DNA of 64,000 bases from contig CM059440.1 in assembly GCA_030390025.1 (NCBI GenBank), positions 52,142,001 to 52,206,000 of the forward strand, written 5' to 3'. The notes beneath the pieces are model-generated. The model worked only from the letters and a program-made list of their open reading frames with translations. It was not told where the DNA came from and did not search any database. This DNA is from Squalus acanthias. Taxonomy: Eukaryota. Shown here piece after piece: positions 24,640 to 38,700 of this stretch. Within the stretch, counting starts at the first letter, position 1. Each line of letters begins with the position of its first letter. The position numbers and the translations under genes are program-made.

Positions 24640-24955
24640 CTCACATTTCTACAGTGTCTTTCACGACCACCTGACGTCCCAAAGCACTTTACAGCCAATG
24701 AAATACTTTTGAAATGTAGTCACTGTTGTAATGTAGGAAACGCGGCAGCCAATTTGCACACAGCAAGCTCCCACAAACAGCAATGTGATAATGACCAGAT
24801 CATCTGTTTTTTAGTGATGTTGGTTGAGGGATAAATATTGGCCAAATATTACCGGGGATAACTCCCCTGCTCTTCTTCGAAATAGTGCCGTGGGATCTTT
24901 TAAGTCCAATTGAGAGAGCAGACGGGACCTCGGTTTAATGTCTCATCCGAAAGTG
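24640..24955 (-). mobile_element. Deu-type SINE fragment
   Basis: Homologous to the other copies. Confidence 0.8.
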
Positions 24956-26819
24956 ACAGGAAAATGTCCGGAGAAGTAAGTGTTACATTTACAAGAAACA
25001 TGTCACATGACTTTTAGTATGCTCAGGATCAAAAAGAGTGAGACCACTTGTAAACCCAATTAAACTTGTGAGGCTGTCTTTATTCTTAAGAATGAGATGA
25101 AGTAGAGTCTGTATGAGAATCGCAAAAAAAAGGAAGCAAAATTATTTGAAAGGGGTGAAACATGAGATAGAAATGGAATGCATTCCAGGGAGCAGCAGAT
25201 TGCACAACACAAGACATTTGTATCACGATCATCGTAAACCCCGCCTTTGGTGTTTGTTGCTTTTCTTGGATTTTGTATAACCCACTGGCCTTTGAAATGT
25301 AATATAGACGTATACCGATTGTTGATTCTCATTCAGTACTTGCAGTGGTTAATTCTTCAGGGAAGAAACTCTCAGCAATGCAGTGTGGAGGGTACATCAG
25401 TGTTTTCATCTGTTAGCAAAGAAGTGGACGCTCAAAGAAATAAAAGCACCCCCTTGAAGTCTGCAGTTCGAATATCACAAAACATACTGGTACATAGGAA
25501 CGATTTGAAGGCTGCAATGTCATCTCAGAGTTATACACCACTCAAGCTTCACTCTGGGAGTTTATGGCATCATCTGAACCCCTCTATGAGTTTACTGCCA
25601 TGTAATCACTTCCAGCTCTCCACTACCTAACATGTGCTGGACACAGGACCTCCCCAGTGCCTCAGTCTCCAAGCACTTTTTGTAGCGCTGAGCTGTGCAA
25701 ATTAAAGAAGCCCCCAGGGTTGATAGTTTCGAGGTCTTGCTGAAACAGTCAACAGGAATGGATGCAACTGACCTCAGCTTCCTGGGCAATCGGAGCAAAA
25801 GAGAAACAGCCGAGATTCCCATTCCTGATCCCTCCTGCAGTGCCTGCAGATGCCCGATAAGGGTAGCGTTGGGCTTACCCCGCAGTCGAATAGTTTACCG
25901 ACACTCGCGGCACAAAAAGAATAGGCACTTGGACAACAACAACCTGCATTTCTGTAGTGCCCCTCACATACAGGGTCGGCCGTGGCTCAGTGGGTAGCAC
26001 TCTTGTGTCTGGGTCAGAAGGTTGTGGGTTCCAAGTCCCTCTCAGAGACTTGAGCACAAAAACTTAGGCTGATGCTTTGATGCTGCACTGACACTGCCTT
26101 CATTTGGAAACCTTTTTAGCTGATTGCTTGTGCGCGCTCCTCCCTCTTCCTCTCGCTCTCTCACGCGCTCGCTCTCTTCCTCGGCTCATTTCCTTGTAGC
26201 ACGTTCTGCTGCTGGGTCGGCCTGCTGGCCAAATTGAGGCCATGCGGTCGGCTTTTATCAATTTACAGAAAGGCCCACATCTTGTTCTGGTCTGAATTGG
26301 GCAAAGGCGGCTTGAATTGGGTTGTGGGCTTGAGCCTGTTTTAAGCAGCCGGGCCTGGGAGAGGAGTAAAAGCTGCTCCCTAATTGTGTGTATTTTGAGG
26401 CAGGAAGGAGCAGCGTTTTTACAGCAGTGAGTGAGTGGGTGAGCGAGGTAAGGAAGGGTGGAGCTAATGGAGTTTTGAAGGTTGAGGCAAGGGGAAGGCA
26501 ATGAAGGGTAGGGCTTGTAGTTTGTGTGTGTGGGGAAGCCTGAGGATCAAGAGAGCAAGGTGGGGAAGGGGGGAAAGGAATATTAAAGGAAACATAAGCT
26601 AGTCGACAGGACTGCAAGCCTTTAGGTAAAGGGAAAGCCAATCAGCAGATGCCTACCCTACTACTCTGAAAATGCCCGATCGTGCCATGAAGGAATGCTC
26701 TGTTTTATAAGGGTAGAAGAATAAATCTGAAAGAGTATTTTAAATATAGACTAAAAGAGCATTATGAGGCTTTGTGGTTCCATTATTCTGAAAGGAATTT
26801 AAGGATGATATTTTTTAAT

Positions 26820-27480
26820 CAGTATTTGCAGTGCATCTTGTAGATGGTACACACTGCAGCCACGGTACGCTGGTGGTGGAGGGAGTGACTGTTTAAGGTG
26901 GTGGATGGGGTGCCAATCAAGCGGGCTGTTTGTCCTGGATGGTGTCGAGCTTCGTGAGTGTTGTTGGAGCTGCACTCATCCAGGCAAGTGGTGAGTATTC
27001 CATCACACTCCTTGTAGATGGTAGAAAGGCTTTGGGGAGTCAGGAGGTGAGACACATGCCGCAGAATACCTAGCCTCTGACCTGCTCTTGTTGCCACAGT
27101 ATTTATGTGGCTGGACCAGTTAAGTTTCTGGTCAATGGTGACCCCCAGGATGTTGATGGTGGGGGATTCAGCGATGGTAATGCCATTGAATGTCAAGGGG
27201 CGGTGGTTAGACTCTCGCTTCTTGGAGATAGTCATTGCCTGGCACTTCCGTGGTGCGAATGTTACCTGCCACTTATCAGCCAAAGCCTGAACGTCGTCTA
27301 GGTCATGTTGCATGCAGGCATGGATTGCTTCATTATCTGAGGAGTTGTGAATGGCACTGTACACTGTGCAGTCATCAGCGAACATCCCCACTTCTGACCT
27401 TATGTTGGAGGGAAGGTCATTGATGAAGCAGCTGAAGATGGCAGTTAGGGATGGGCAATAAATGCTGTCCTTACCAGACT
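26820..27480 (-). mobile_element. Second LINE family, RT C-terminal fragment
   Basis: MFADDCTVY...WQVTFAPRKCQAM...ILGVTIDQKLNWSSHI. Confidence 0.85.
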
Positions 27481-27481
27481 G

Positions 27482-30400
27482 AGTAAAAGAGCTAGGAAGG
27501 TAGTGCAGGAGTCCCCTGGGTCCATCTCCCTCTCCAACAGATTTTCCGTTTTGGATACTGCTGGGGGAGATGGTTTCTCAGGGGAATGCAGAAGAGCCAA
27601 GTCGGTGGCACTACGAGTGGCTCAGCTGCACAGGAGGGGAGGAAAAGAGTGGGAGAGCAATAGTGATAGGGGATTCTATTGTAAGGGGAACAGATAGACG
27701 TTTCTGTGGCCACAGATGTGACTCCAGGATGGTATGTTGTCTCCCTGGTGCCAGGGTCAAGGATGTCACTGAGCGCCTGCAGGACATTCTGAAGGGGGCT
27801 GGTGAACAGCCAGAGGTCATGGTCCATATCGGTACCAACGACATAGGTAGAAAGAGGGATGAGGTCCTGCAAGCAGAATATAGGGAGCTAGGAAATAAAT
27901 TAAAAAGCAGGACCTCAAAGGTAGTAATCTCAGGATTACTCCCAGGGCCACGTGCTAGCGAGAGCAGAAATAGGAGAATAGACCAGATGAATGCATGGCT
28001 GGAGAGATGATGTGGGAGGGAGTGATTTAAATTCCTGAGGCATTGGGACCGATTCTGGGGAAGGCGGGACCTGTACAAACTGGACGGGTTACACCTCGGC
28101 AGAACCGGGACCAATATCCTCGCAGGGGGGTTTGCTAGTGCTGTTGGGAATGATTTAAACTAGTTTGTCAGGGGGCTGGGAACCTAAGTGTGGGCCCAGA
28201 ATGGAGAGAAACAAAGCTGGAAGTTCAAGTTAGAAAAGTAGTCAGCAAAACTAGTAGGGAGCAGAAACAAAGGCCAATAGTAAAGAGGGTCAAAGTGCAG
28301 AAAAATATTAAACAGGCAAAGTTGAAGGCACTTTATCTAAATGCACGTAGCATTCGCAACAAGGTGGATGAAATTAATGACACTAATAGAAGTAAATGGA
28401 TATGATGTCATTGCCATTACAGAGACATGGCTGCAGGGTAACCAAAGCTGGGAACTGAATGTTCCAGGGTACTCAACATTTAGGAAGGACAGACAAAAAG
28501 GAAAAGGAGGTGGCGTAGCGCTGTTAATAAGGGATGAGATCGGTACAGTAGAGATAAAAGATCTTGGCTCGGCAGATCGTGATGTAGAACTGAAATCAGT
28601 TTGGGTGGAGCTAAGAAACAGCAAAGGGCGGAAAACATTGGTGGGAGTTGTGTATAGGCCACCAAACAGTAGTGGTAATGTAGGGCACAGTATCAATCAA
28701 GAAATTAGAAGTGCATGTAACAAGGGCAATACGGTAATCATGGGGAACTTTAATCTACATATGGACTGGGCAAATCAAATTACCACTAATGGTGTGGGGG
28801 ACGAATTCTTGGAATACATGCGAGATGGTTTCCTGGATCAGTATGTAGAGGAACCAACCAGGGAACAGGCTATTCTGGATCTGGTACTGTGTAATGAGAA
28901 TGGGCTAATCAATAATCTTGTGGTAAAGGGGCCTTTCGGGACAAGTGACCAGAATATGATTGAATTTTACATTAATTTTGAGAGTGATGTAGTCCAATCT
29001 GAAACTAAGGTCGTCAATCTAAACAGAGGAAACTACAAGGGTATGAGGGACAAGTTGGCCATGGTAGATTGGGAGACTACACTAAAAGGTATGAAGGTGG
29101 ACATACAATGGCTAACATTCAAGAAAATAATGCATAATTTGCAACAAACATATATTCCTCTCAGGCGTAAAAACCCAAAAGGAAAAGTGATCCAACCATG
29201 GCTAACAAAAGAAATTAAAGCTAGTATTAAGTCAAAGAAGGAAGCTTATAAAGTTGCCAGAAAAAGCAGTCAGCCTGAGGATTGGGATCTTTTTAGAAAT
29301 CAGCAAAGGGGGACCAAGAAATTGATAAAGAAAGGGAAAATGGATTATGACCACAAACTAGCGAAAAAACAGATTGGCCCGAAAATTAAACCTAATACGC
29401 AAGAGTACGCATTGTGTACTCTCGCGTATTAGATCCCGAATTGCTGGTTTCCTGCATGCACTGCGCATGTGCGGGAAACCGGCACTTCGTGAATTGAAAA
29501 GGGGGCGGTTCCTAAGAGAACCGCGTGCGCACCACAGGCGGTGCGCACGCAGTGCACTTAGTTTTTTTTTCAGCTTTGAACGCCCAGGTAAGTGGTGAAG
29601 ATTTTACACATAAAGAAAGCAGGCGTAGGACCCCCTTTTAACAAGGTAAGTAGTTAATTAAGTGTTATTTTAAATTTTTTCAACAGGTTTATCTTTTTTA
29701 GAACCTTTAAAGAATGGTAAGTTTATTTTTATAACTTTTAAAAAGATTTTAAATTTTTTCAAAAAATTAATTTTTTGTTTAAAGTGGTTAATTTATTTAA
29801 CTATACTTATTTTATTAATGTGATGGCTTTTTTAAAATTTAATTGAGGTTTAGCTGTTCTTTTGGGGGTTTGTAGTATTCATAGCTTTGACAGCTCTTGC
29901 CGTCAAAACTATGAATGAAAGATGGTGTGCTGCCATTGGCTCTAACTGAATCACGTGATCATAGAGCTCGCACAAACTAATTGCGCCTCTGGGTCACGCA
30001 AGCACTGCACGGTTCCAACAGAGAGAGCCTTTGAAACTAAAGTTCGTGTGGGCCCGGAGCAAAAAGGTAGGCGCGGAGTGCGATATCGCGGGGAATCCTT
30101 ACCCCCGCGGGAACCATCCATGTTTAATTTCTGGGCCATTGTAAAAGCTTCTATAGGTATGTGAAAAGGAAAAGACTGGCGAAGGTAAATGTAGGTCCTT
30201 TACAGTCAGAGACGGGAGAATTTATAATGGGCAATGAGGAAATGGCAGAGAAATTAAATAAATACTTTGTTTCTGTCTTCACGGAGGAAGACACAAAAAA
30301 CCTCCCAGAAATACGAGAAAACCAAGGATGTGGCGAGAATGAGGAACATAAAGAAATTATTATTAGTAAAAAAACAGTACTAGCAAAATTAATGGGACTA

Positions 30401-31985
30401 AAAGTCGATAAATCCCAAGGACCAGATGACCTACATCCTTGGGTTTTGAAAGAGGTGGCCATCGGGATAGTGGACGCATTGGTTGTCATCTTCCAAAATT
30501 CTATAGATTCTGGAATGGTTCCTGCAGATTGGAGGATAGCAAATGTAACCCCGCTATTTAAGAAAGGAGGGAGAGAGAAAACGGGGAATTACAGACCTGT
30601 TAGCCTCACATCAGTAGTTGAGAAAATGCTGGAATCTATTATAAAGGATGCAATAACTGGGCACTTAGAAACTAATTGGGCAGAGTCAACATGGATTTAT
30701 GAAAGGGAAATCCTGTTTAACAAAGCTATTGGAGTTCTTTGAGGATGTAACTAGTGGAGTAGACAAAGGGGAACCGGTAGATGTGGTGTATTTGGATTTT
30801 CAGAAGGCCTTCGATAAAGTCCCACACAAGGGGTTGGTGAACAAAATTAGGGCACATGGAATTGGGGGTAATATATGAGCATGGATTGAGAATTGGTTAA
30901 CAGACAGAAAACAAAGAGTAGGGATAAACGGGTCTTTTTCAGGATGGCAGGCAGTGACTAGTGGGGTACCGCAAGGATCGGTGCTTGGGCCCCAGCTCTT
31001 CACAATCTATATCAATGATTTGGATGAGGGGACTAAATGTCACATTTCCAAATTTGCTGATGATACAAAGCTAGGTGGCAGTGTCAGTCGTGAAGAGGAT
31101 GTGAAGAGGCTTCAAGGGGATCTCGACAGGCTCAGTGAGTGGGTGAGAATATGGCAGATGGAATATAATGTGGATAAATGTGAAGTTATCCACTTTGGTA
31201 GAAAAAAAAGAAAGGCAGAGTATTTCCTAAATGGTGAAAGATTGGGGAATGCAGATGCTCAAAAGGGACCTGTGTGTCCTTATACGTGAGTCACTGAAAG
31301 TGACTGTGCAGGTGCAGCAAGCCATTAGGAAGACAAATGGTATGCTGGTCTTCATTACAAGAGGATTTGAGTACAAGAGTAAAGAAGTCTAACTCCAATT
31401 ATATAGGGCCTTGCTGAGACCACACCTGGAGTACTGTGTACAATTTTGGTCTCCTTACCTAAGGAAGGATATACTTGCCATAGAGGGAGTGCAACAAATG
31501 TTCACGAGATTGATTCCTGGGATGGCGGGACTGTCGCATGAGAAGAGATTGAGTAAACTAGGCCTGTATTCTCTTGAATTCAGAAGAATGAGAGGGGATC
31601 TCATTGAAGCATACAAAATTATTACAGGGCTTGATAGGGTGGATGCTGGCAGAATGTTTCCCTTGGCTGGGGAGTCTAGAACCAGGAGCCACAGCCTTAG
31701 GATAAAGGGCAGGCCATTCAGGACTGAGATGAGAAGACATTTCTTCACACAGAGGGTGGTGAATCTTTGGAATTCTCTACCCCAGAGGGCTGTGGAGGCT
31801 TAGTCATTGGGTATATTCAAAACAGAAGTCGATAAATTTCTGACTAGTAAGGGCATCAAGGGATATGGCGTTAGCGCCGGTGAATGGAGTTGAGGCAGAA
31901 GATCAGCCATGATCTCATTGAATGGCGGAGCAGGCTCGAAGGGCCGAATGGCCGACTTCTGCTCCTATTTCTTATGTTCTTATGG
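27482..31985 (+). mobile_element. CR1 LINE (ORF1 esterase and disrupted ORF2), interrupted by a MITE; probable 5' UTR at ~26100-26640
   Basis: ORF1 SGNH motifs VIGDSIV and HIGTND; ORF2 APE and RT motifs; tail TTCTTATGTTCTTATG. Confidence 0.93.
29376..30137. mobile_element. Non-autonomous TIR transposon (PIF/Harbinger-like MITE), 762 bp
   Basis: TIRs GGCCCGAAAATTAAAC / GTTTAATTTCTGGGCC; 3-bp TSD ATT at 29373-29375 and 30138-30140; excision restores the CR1 peptide KTDCKSFY. Confidence 0.88.
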
Positions 31986-31989
31986 TTGG

Positions 31990-32925
31990 GCCTAGGACAC
32001 TGCCCTGAAGAACTCCTGCAGCGATGTCCTGGGGCTGTGATGATTGACCTTCAATCACCACAGCCATCTTCCTTTGTGCTAGGTATGACTCCAGCCAGTG
32101 GAGAGTTTTCCCCCCCGATTCCCATTGACTTCAGTTTTACTAGGGCTCCTTGATGCCACACTCAGTCAAATGCTGCCTTGATGTCAAGGGCAGTCACTCT
32201 CACCTCACCTCTGGAATTCAGCTCCTTTGTCCATGTTTGGACCAAGGCTGTAATGAGGTCGGGAGCAGAGTGGTGTTGGCGGAACCCAAACTGGGCATCA
32301 GTGAGCAGGTTATTGGTGAATAAGTGCCGCTTGATAGCAATGTCGATGACACCTTCCATCACTTTGCTGATGATTGAGAGTAGACTGATGGGGCGGTAAT
32401 TGGCCGGATTGGATTTGTCCTGCTTTTTGTGGACAGGACATACCTGGGCAGTATTCCACATAGTCAAATAGATGCCAGTGTTGTAGCTGTACTGCAACAG
32501 CTTGGCTAGAGGCACGGCTAATTCTGGAGCACAAGTCTTCAGCACGATAGCCGGGATGTTGTCGGGGCCCATAGCCTTTGCTGTATCCAGTGCGCTGAGC
32601 CGTTCCTTGATATCACGTGGAGTGAATCGAATTGGCTGAAGACTGGCTTCTGTGATGGTGGGGACCTCAGGAGGAGGCCGATATGGATCATCCACTCGGC
32701 ACTTCTGGTTGAAGATGGTTGCAAACGCTTCAGCCTTGTCTGTTGCACTCACGTGCTGGGCTCCACCATCATTGAGGATGGGGATATTCATGGGGCCTCC
32801 TCCTCCCGTTAGTTGTTTAATGGTCCACCACCATTCACGACTAGATGTGGTAGGACTGTAGAGCTTTGATCTGATCCATTGATTGTGGGATTGCTTAGCC
32901 CTGTCTATAGCATGCTGCTTCCGCA
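31990..32925 (-). mobile_element. Second LINE family, RT N-terminal fragment
   Basis: KAMGPDNIP, NYRPISLLS, QFGFRQHHS, LDIKAAFD. Confidence 0.85.
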
Positions 32926-34472
32926 TTGTGGTAAGAATAAAGGTGAGGCTATTAGCGCTCACCGTTATAGAGTAAATTGGATAGCAACTTCCAGCCTCCG
33001 CACATGCGCAATTAAACACAGAAATCCTGAAGTTGCTGTCTGGTTTGCCCTGCTCCTCCACAAGCTTCGCTACACTGGCACCTCGCTGAGAGATTCGGCA
33101 TTCAAACAATGAATGGCGTGAAGTTGCAATACTAACCCACTAAATACACCAGAAAGTGTTAGGGCTGGTGCATTCAGGTGTAAGTTAATTTTTAACAGCA
33201 TAATAAGTCTTAATTACTGCCAAACAACCACTCTGCACCTGAAAATTTATGTTTACAAGTATGGAGTCTCATTCTTTCAGATTTTAATTATTGTTGGAGA
33301 TTTAAAAAAAAATTTAAATTACATTTTTTTTACTTTTTCTTTCTGAATCTTTTATCTCTCTCTTAATCCCATCCTTTTCCCCCCTCTTAATTTTGCTTGC
33401 TGTGCATAATTTTACATTGAATTAAATATTCTAACTTACACTTCCTGGTTTAGACTCTGCGGGCTGGATTTTCATTGACCCATGGAGTCGGGTTTGGAGG
33501 CGCGTGGGGGGTTAAAGTTGCAGATTCAGGTGTCCCGACCCCATCCCGCCTCCATGCCAGTTTCGCTGGCGGCGGATACCCGACCTGTGCTGGGACCCGA
33601 CTTCCCAAGGTGGGAAGGGGATTAGTGACAATTAACTGCCTGTTAACAGGTAGTTAACAGGCAGTTTTTTGTCCAATCCCTATTTTGAAGGCTGAAATGT
33701 TGGCTTCCCGACAGGTGCGAACCATGCCAAGTTAGCGAGGCGGACCGTGGGTCTGCAGGGGTTGGAGGGGTCGATATGTCCGGTGGGCAGGTGAGTGATG
33801 GGTGCATGTGTGCAGAGGTAAGTGTGTAAGGTAAGTGTAAAGTGTGGAAAAATGTTTTACTTACCTTAACTTCCTCCTGCAGGTGTCAGCCCTTCAGTTC
33901 TCGGGAGTCAGAAATCTCACCGGCACAGAAAGCAGAAAGGCCATGGTGCTGTCAAAAGTTTCAGCCTCTGTTTTCTGTGCTGGAATGATTTCTAACTCAG
34001 CCTGAGAGGAAGGACTCAAGTTAGAAGACAATTTGTCAGTGTTTGACAGCTTCAAAAGCTCTTGACAGATGAAATGTCAATCTGTGACGTCACCTGTTGC
34101 CGGGTGGCCCTTAATTGGCCTGCTGAGCTCACTGGGCGGGCTCAACAAGGTCAATCAAGGGAAAATACAGTGGGTTGGCCAAAAGTCGATGGAGGCGGGA
34201 CTACAACCCAAAAAGTAGGATTCCCGACCCCATCACGACCCCAGTATCAAAATCCAGCCCTGCGTGTCTCAGTGAGGATTCTTCAATCTGATTGGTTGAG
34301 GAGACACGATGTTGCTTGACCTGTTCACACACGCCCCACATCTCCTGTAGAGGGCGCCGTGCTGTTTCAGACACCCGATGACCGTAAGTTGCCACTCAAA
34401 AGCCCACGAAAAGTTTGTGGGCAGCTGCAAGTGTAATGAACGGCGAGCGCCACTGAGAGCAAATTCCACGCC
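32925..34472. mobile_element. Older MITE-like element hosting a nested MITE
   Basis: Shares CGCACATGCGCA...AAGTTGCTGTC with 48797-49182; right end AAATTCCACGCC; left end not found. Confidence 0.5.
33461..34260. mobile_element. Harbinger-like MITE, 800 bp
   Basis: Perfect 12-bp TIRs GGGCTGGATTTT / AAAATCCAGCCC; 3-bp TSD TGC at 33458-33460 and 34261-34263. Confidence 0.88.
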
Positions 34473-34532
34473 AGTGTATTTAATGTTGGATTAATTTAAG
34501 AAATACAGTAAAAAAAAAACAACACCCGATCT

Positions 34533-37500
34533 CATAGAAACATAGAAGATAGGAGCAGGAGTAGGCCATTCGGCCCTTCGAGCCTGCTCCGCCATTCAAT
34601 GCGATCATGGCTGATCATCCAAATTCAGTACCCTGTCTCTGCTTTCTCCCCATATCCCTTGATCCCCTCAGCCTTAAGAAATATATCTAACTCCTTCTTG
34701 AATATATTTAATGAATTGGACTCAACTGTCTTCAGTGGTAGAGAATTCCACAGGTTCACCACTCTCTGGGTGAAGAAATTCCTCCTCATCTCAGTCCTAA
34801 ATGGCTTACCCCTTATCTTTAGACTGTGACCCCTGGTTCTGGACTCCCCCGCCATCGGGAACATCCTTCCTGCATCTAGTCTGTCTAGTCCTGTTAGAAT
34901 TTTATAAGTTTCAATGAGATCCCCTCTCATTCTTCTAAACTCTAGCGAATACAAGTCCAATGGACCCAATCTCTCTTCATACGTCATTCCTGCCATCCCA
35001 GGTATCAGTCTGGTGAATCTTCGCTGCACTCCCTCCATGGCAAGAACATCCTTCCTCAGATAAGGTGACCAAAACTGCACACAATACTCAAGGTGTGGTC
35101 TCACCAAGGCCCTGTACAACTGCAGCAAGACATCCTTGCTCCTGTACTTGAATCCTCTCTCTATGAAGGTCAACATACCATTTGCCTTCTTAACCGCCTG
35201 CTGCACCTGCATGCTTACCTTCAGCGATTGGTGCACAAGGACATCCAGGTCTCGTTACACTTCCCCTTTTCCCAATCTATTGCCATTCAGATAATAATCT
35301 GCCTTCCTGTTTTTGCCACCAAAGTGGATAACCTTGCATTTATCCACATTATACTGCATCTGCTATGCATCTGCCCAATCACCCAACCTGTCCAAATCAT
35401 ACTGGAGTTTCTCTGCATCCTCCTCACAGCACACACGCCCACCCAGCTTTGTGTCGTCTGCAAACTTGGAGATATTACATCTAGTTCCCTCGTCTAGATC
35501 ATTTATATATATTGTGAATAACTGGGGTCCTAGCACCGATCCCTGCGGTACCCCACTAGTCACTGCCTCCCACTCGGAAAAAGACCCGTTTATTCCAACT
35601 CTTTGCTTCCTGTCTGCCAACCAGTTCTCTATCCAAGTCAGTACCTTACCCCCAATCCCATGTGCTTTAACTTTGCATGCTAATCTCTTATGCGGGACCT
35701 TATCGAAAGCCTTCTGAAAGTCCAAATACACCACATCCACTGGTTCTCCCTTATCTATTCTACCAGTTACATCCTCAAAAAATTCCAGTAGATTAGTCAA
35801 GCATGATTTACCTTTTGTAAATCCATGTTGACTTTGTCCGATCCTGTCACTGTTTTCCAAGTGCTCTGCTATTACATCTTTTACAATGGACTCTAGCATT
35901 TTCCCCACTACCAATGTCAGGCTTACCAGTCTATAATTCCGCGTTTTCTCTCTACCACCTTTTTTAAATAGTGGGGTTACATTAGCTACTCTCCAATCCA
36001 TGGGAACTGTTCCAGAGTCTATAGAATTTTGGAAGATGACCAGCAATGCATCTACTATTTCTAGGGCCACTTCCTTAAGTACCCTAGAATGTAGATTATC
36101 AGGCCCTGGGGATTTATCGGCCTTCAATCCCGTCAATTTCCCTAACACCATTTCCCTACAAATACTGATTTCATTCAGTTCCTCCCTTTCATTAGACCCT
36201 ATGTTCCCCGACATCTCTGGGAGGTTATTTGTGTCCTCCTTTGTGAAGACAGAACCAAAGTATGTATTTAATTGGACTGCCATTTCTTTGTTCCCCATTA
36301 TAAATTCCCCTGATTCTGACTGCAAGGGACCTATGCTTGACTTCACCAATCTTTTTCTCTTCACATATCTATAGAAGCTTTTACAGTCAGTTTTTATGTT
36401 CCCTGAAAGCTTACTCTCATACTCTATTTTCCCCCTCTTAATTAATCCCTTTGTCCTCCTTTGTTGAATCCTAAACTGCTCCCAATCCTCAGGTTTGCTG
36501 CTTTTTCTGGCCAATTTATATGTCCTCCCCTTGGATCTTATGCTATCCCTAATTTCCCTTGTTAGCCACGGTTGAGTCACCTTTTTTGTTTTATTTTTAT
36601 GCCAAACAGGGATGAACAAATTCTGTAGTTCATCCATGTGATCTTTAAATGTTTGCCATTGCCAATCCACTGTCAACCCTTTAAGTAACATTCCCCAATC
36701 CATCCTAGCCAACTCGCGCCTCATGCCATCGTAGTTTCCTTTATTTAAATTCAGGACCCTAGTCTCTGAGTCAACTACTTCACTCTCCATCTTAATGAAG
36801 AATTCTATCATATTATGATCGCTCCTCCCCAAAGGGCCTCGCACAACAAGATTGCTAATTAATCCTTTCTCATTACATAATACCCAGTCTAAGATGGCCT
36901 GATCTCTAGTTGGTTCCTCGACATTTTGGTCCAGGAAACCATCTCGTATGCACGCTAAGAATTCCTCCTCCACAGTATTGTTACTAATTTGATTAGCCCA
37001 ATCAATATGCAGATTAAAGTCACCCATGATAACTGCTGTACCCTCATTGCACGCATCTCTAATTTCCCATTTAATGCTATCCCCAACCTTAGCATTACTG
37101 TTGGGGGGCCTGTATACAACTCCCACTAACATTTCTGCCCCATGGTATTTTTCAGCTCTACCCATACAGATTCCACATCATCAGAGCTAATATCCTTCCT
37201 TACTATTGTATTAATCTCCTCTTTAACCAGCAATGCTACCCCACCTCCTTTTCCTTTTTGCCTGTCCTTCCTGAATATTGAATACCCCTGGATGTTGAAT
37301 TCCCAGCCTTGGTCACCCTGGAGCCATGTCTCTGTAATCCCAATTATATCATATCCATTTACATCTATTTGCGCAGCTAATTCATCCACCTTATTACGAA
37401 TGCTCCTCGCATTAAGACACAGAGCCTTCAGGCTTGTTTTTTTTAACACTCTTAGACCATTTAGAATTTCTGTTTACTGTGGCCATGTTTGATTTACACC

Positions 37501-38700
37501 CTTGATTTCTCTGCCTTCCACTTTTGCTTTTCTCCTTCCTGTCTTTTGTTTCTATCCTTGCTTCCCTTTCCTCTGTCTCCCTGCACAGGTTCTCAACCCC
37601 CTGCTTTTTAGTTTAAACCCTCCCCAACAGCACTAGCAAACACTTCCCCTAGGACATCGGTCCCGGTTCTGCCCAGGTGCAAACCATCCAGTTTGTACTG
37701 GTCCCACCTCCCCCAGAACCGGTTCCAAAGTCCCAGGAATTTGAATCCCTCCCCCTTGCACCATTCTTCTAGCCACGTATTCATCGGAAATATCCTTCTA
37801 TTTCTACTCTGACTAGTACGTGGCACTGGTAGCAATCCTGAGATTACTACCTTTGAGGTCCTATTTTTTAATTTACCTCCTAACTCCCTATATTCAGCGT
37901 TTAAGACCTCATCCCGTTTTTTACCTATATCGTTGGTACCTAAATGCACCATGACAACTGGCTGTTCACCCTCCCCCTCCAGAATGCCCTGCAGCCGCTC
38001 CGAGATATCCTTGACCCTTGCACCAGGGAGGCAACCTACGATCCTGGAGTCTCGTTTGCGGCTGCAGAAACGCCTATCTATTCCCCTTACAATAGAATCA
38101 CTATAGCTCTCCCACTCTTTTTCCTCCCCTCCTGTGCAGCAGAACCACTCATGGTGCCAGGAAGTTGGTTGCTGCTGCCTTCCCTCGATAAGCCATCCCC
38201 CTCAACAATATCCAAAGTGGTATATCTGTTTGAGATGGGGATGGCCACAGGGGACCCCTGCACTACCTGCCTGTGCCTACTACTCTGCCTGGTGGTCACC
38301 CATTCCCTTCCTGCCTGTGCAGCCTTTACCTGCGGTGTGACCAACTCATTAAACGTGATATCCACGACATCCTCAGCATCGCGAATGCTCCAGTATGCAA
38401 TGCGGTCTGCCAGTAGCTGCAGCTGGATACACTTCCTGTACACATGGTCGTCAGGGACACAGGAAGTGTCCCTGATTTCCCACATAGCACAGGAGGAGCA
38501 TACCACGGGGCCGAGCTGTGCTTCCATGACTTACCCTTTAATTAATTTAAATTAAATTAAATCAAATCAATACCACCAATTACACTACAATTAAATGTTA
38601 TACTCAAGGGCCCTTGTTTACTAGCACTCCCCGCTACACAACAGAGACCTTAGAAACTATAACCACAAAATTAAGACCTGCTAAACTCAGATGCTAAGCA
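34533..38700 (-). mobile_element. Near-full-length CR1 (ORF1 zinc-finger/esterase and ORF2 with few frameshifts)
   Basis: ORF1 CSSCAMW...HLGTND at 38527-37608; ORF2 pieces 37449-37126, 37165-35363 and 35236-34625; tail TTCTATGTTTCTATG. Confidence 0.95.

Noticed and set aside
26100-26640. CpG-rich host promoter
   Set aside because: More simply explained as the 5' UTR of the downstream plus-strand CR1; no linked host exon seen.
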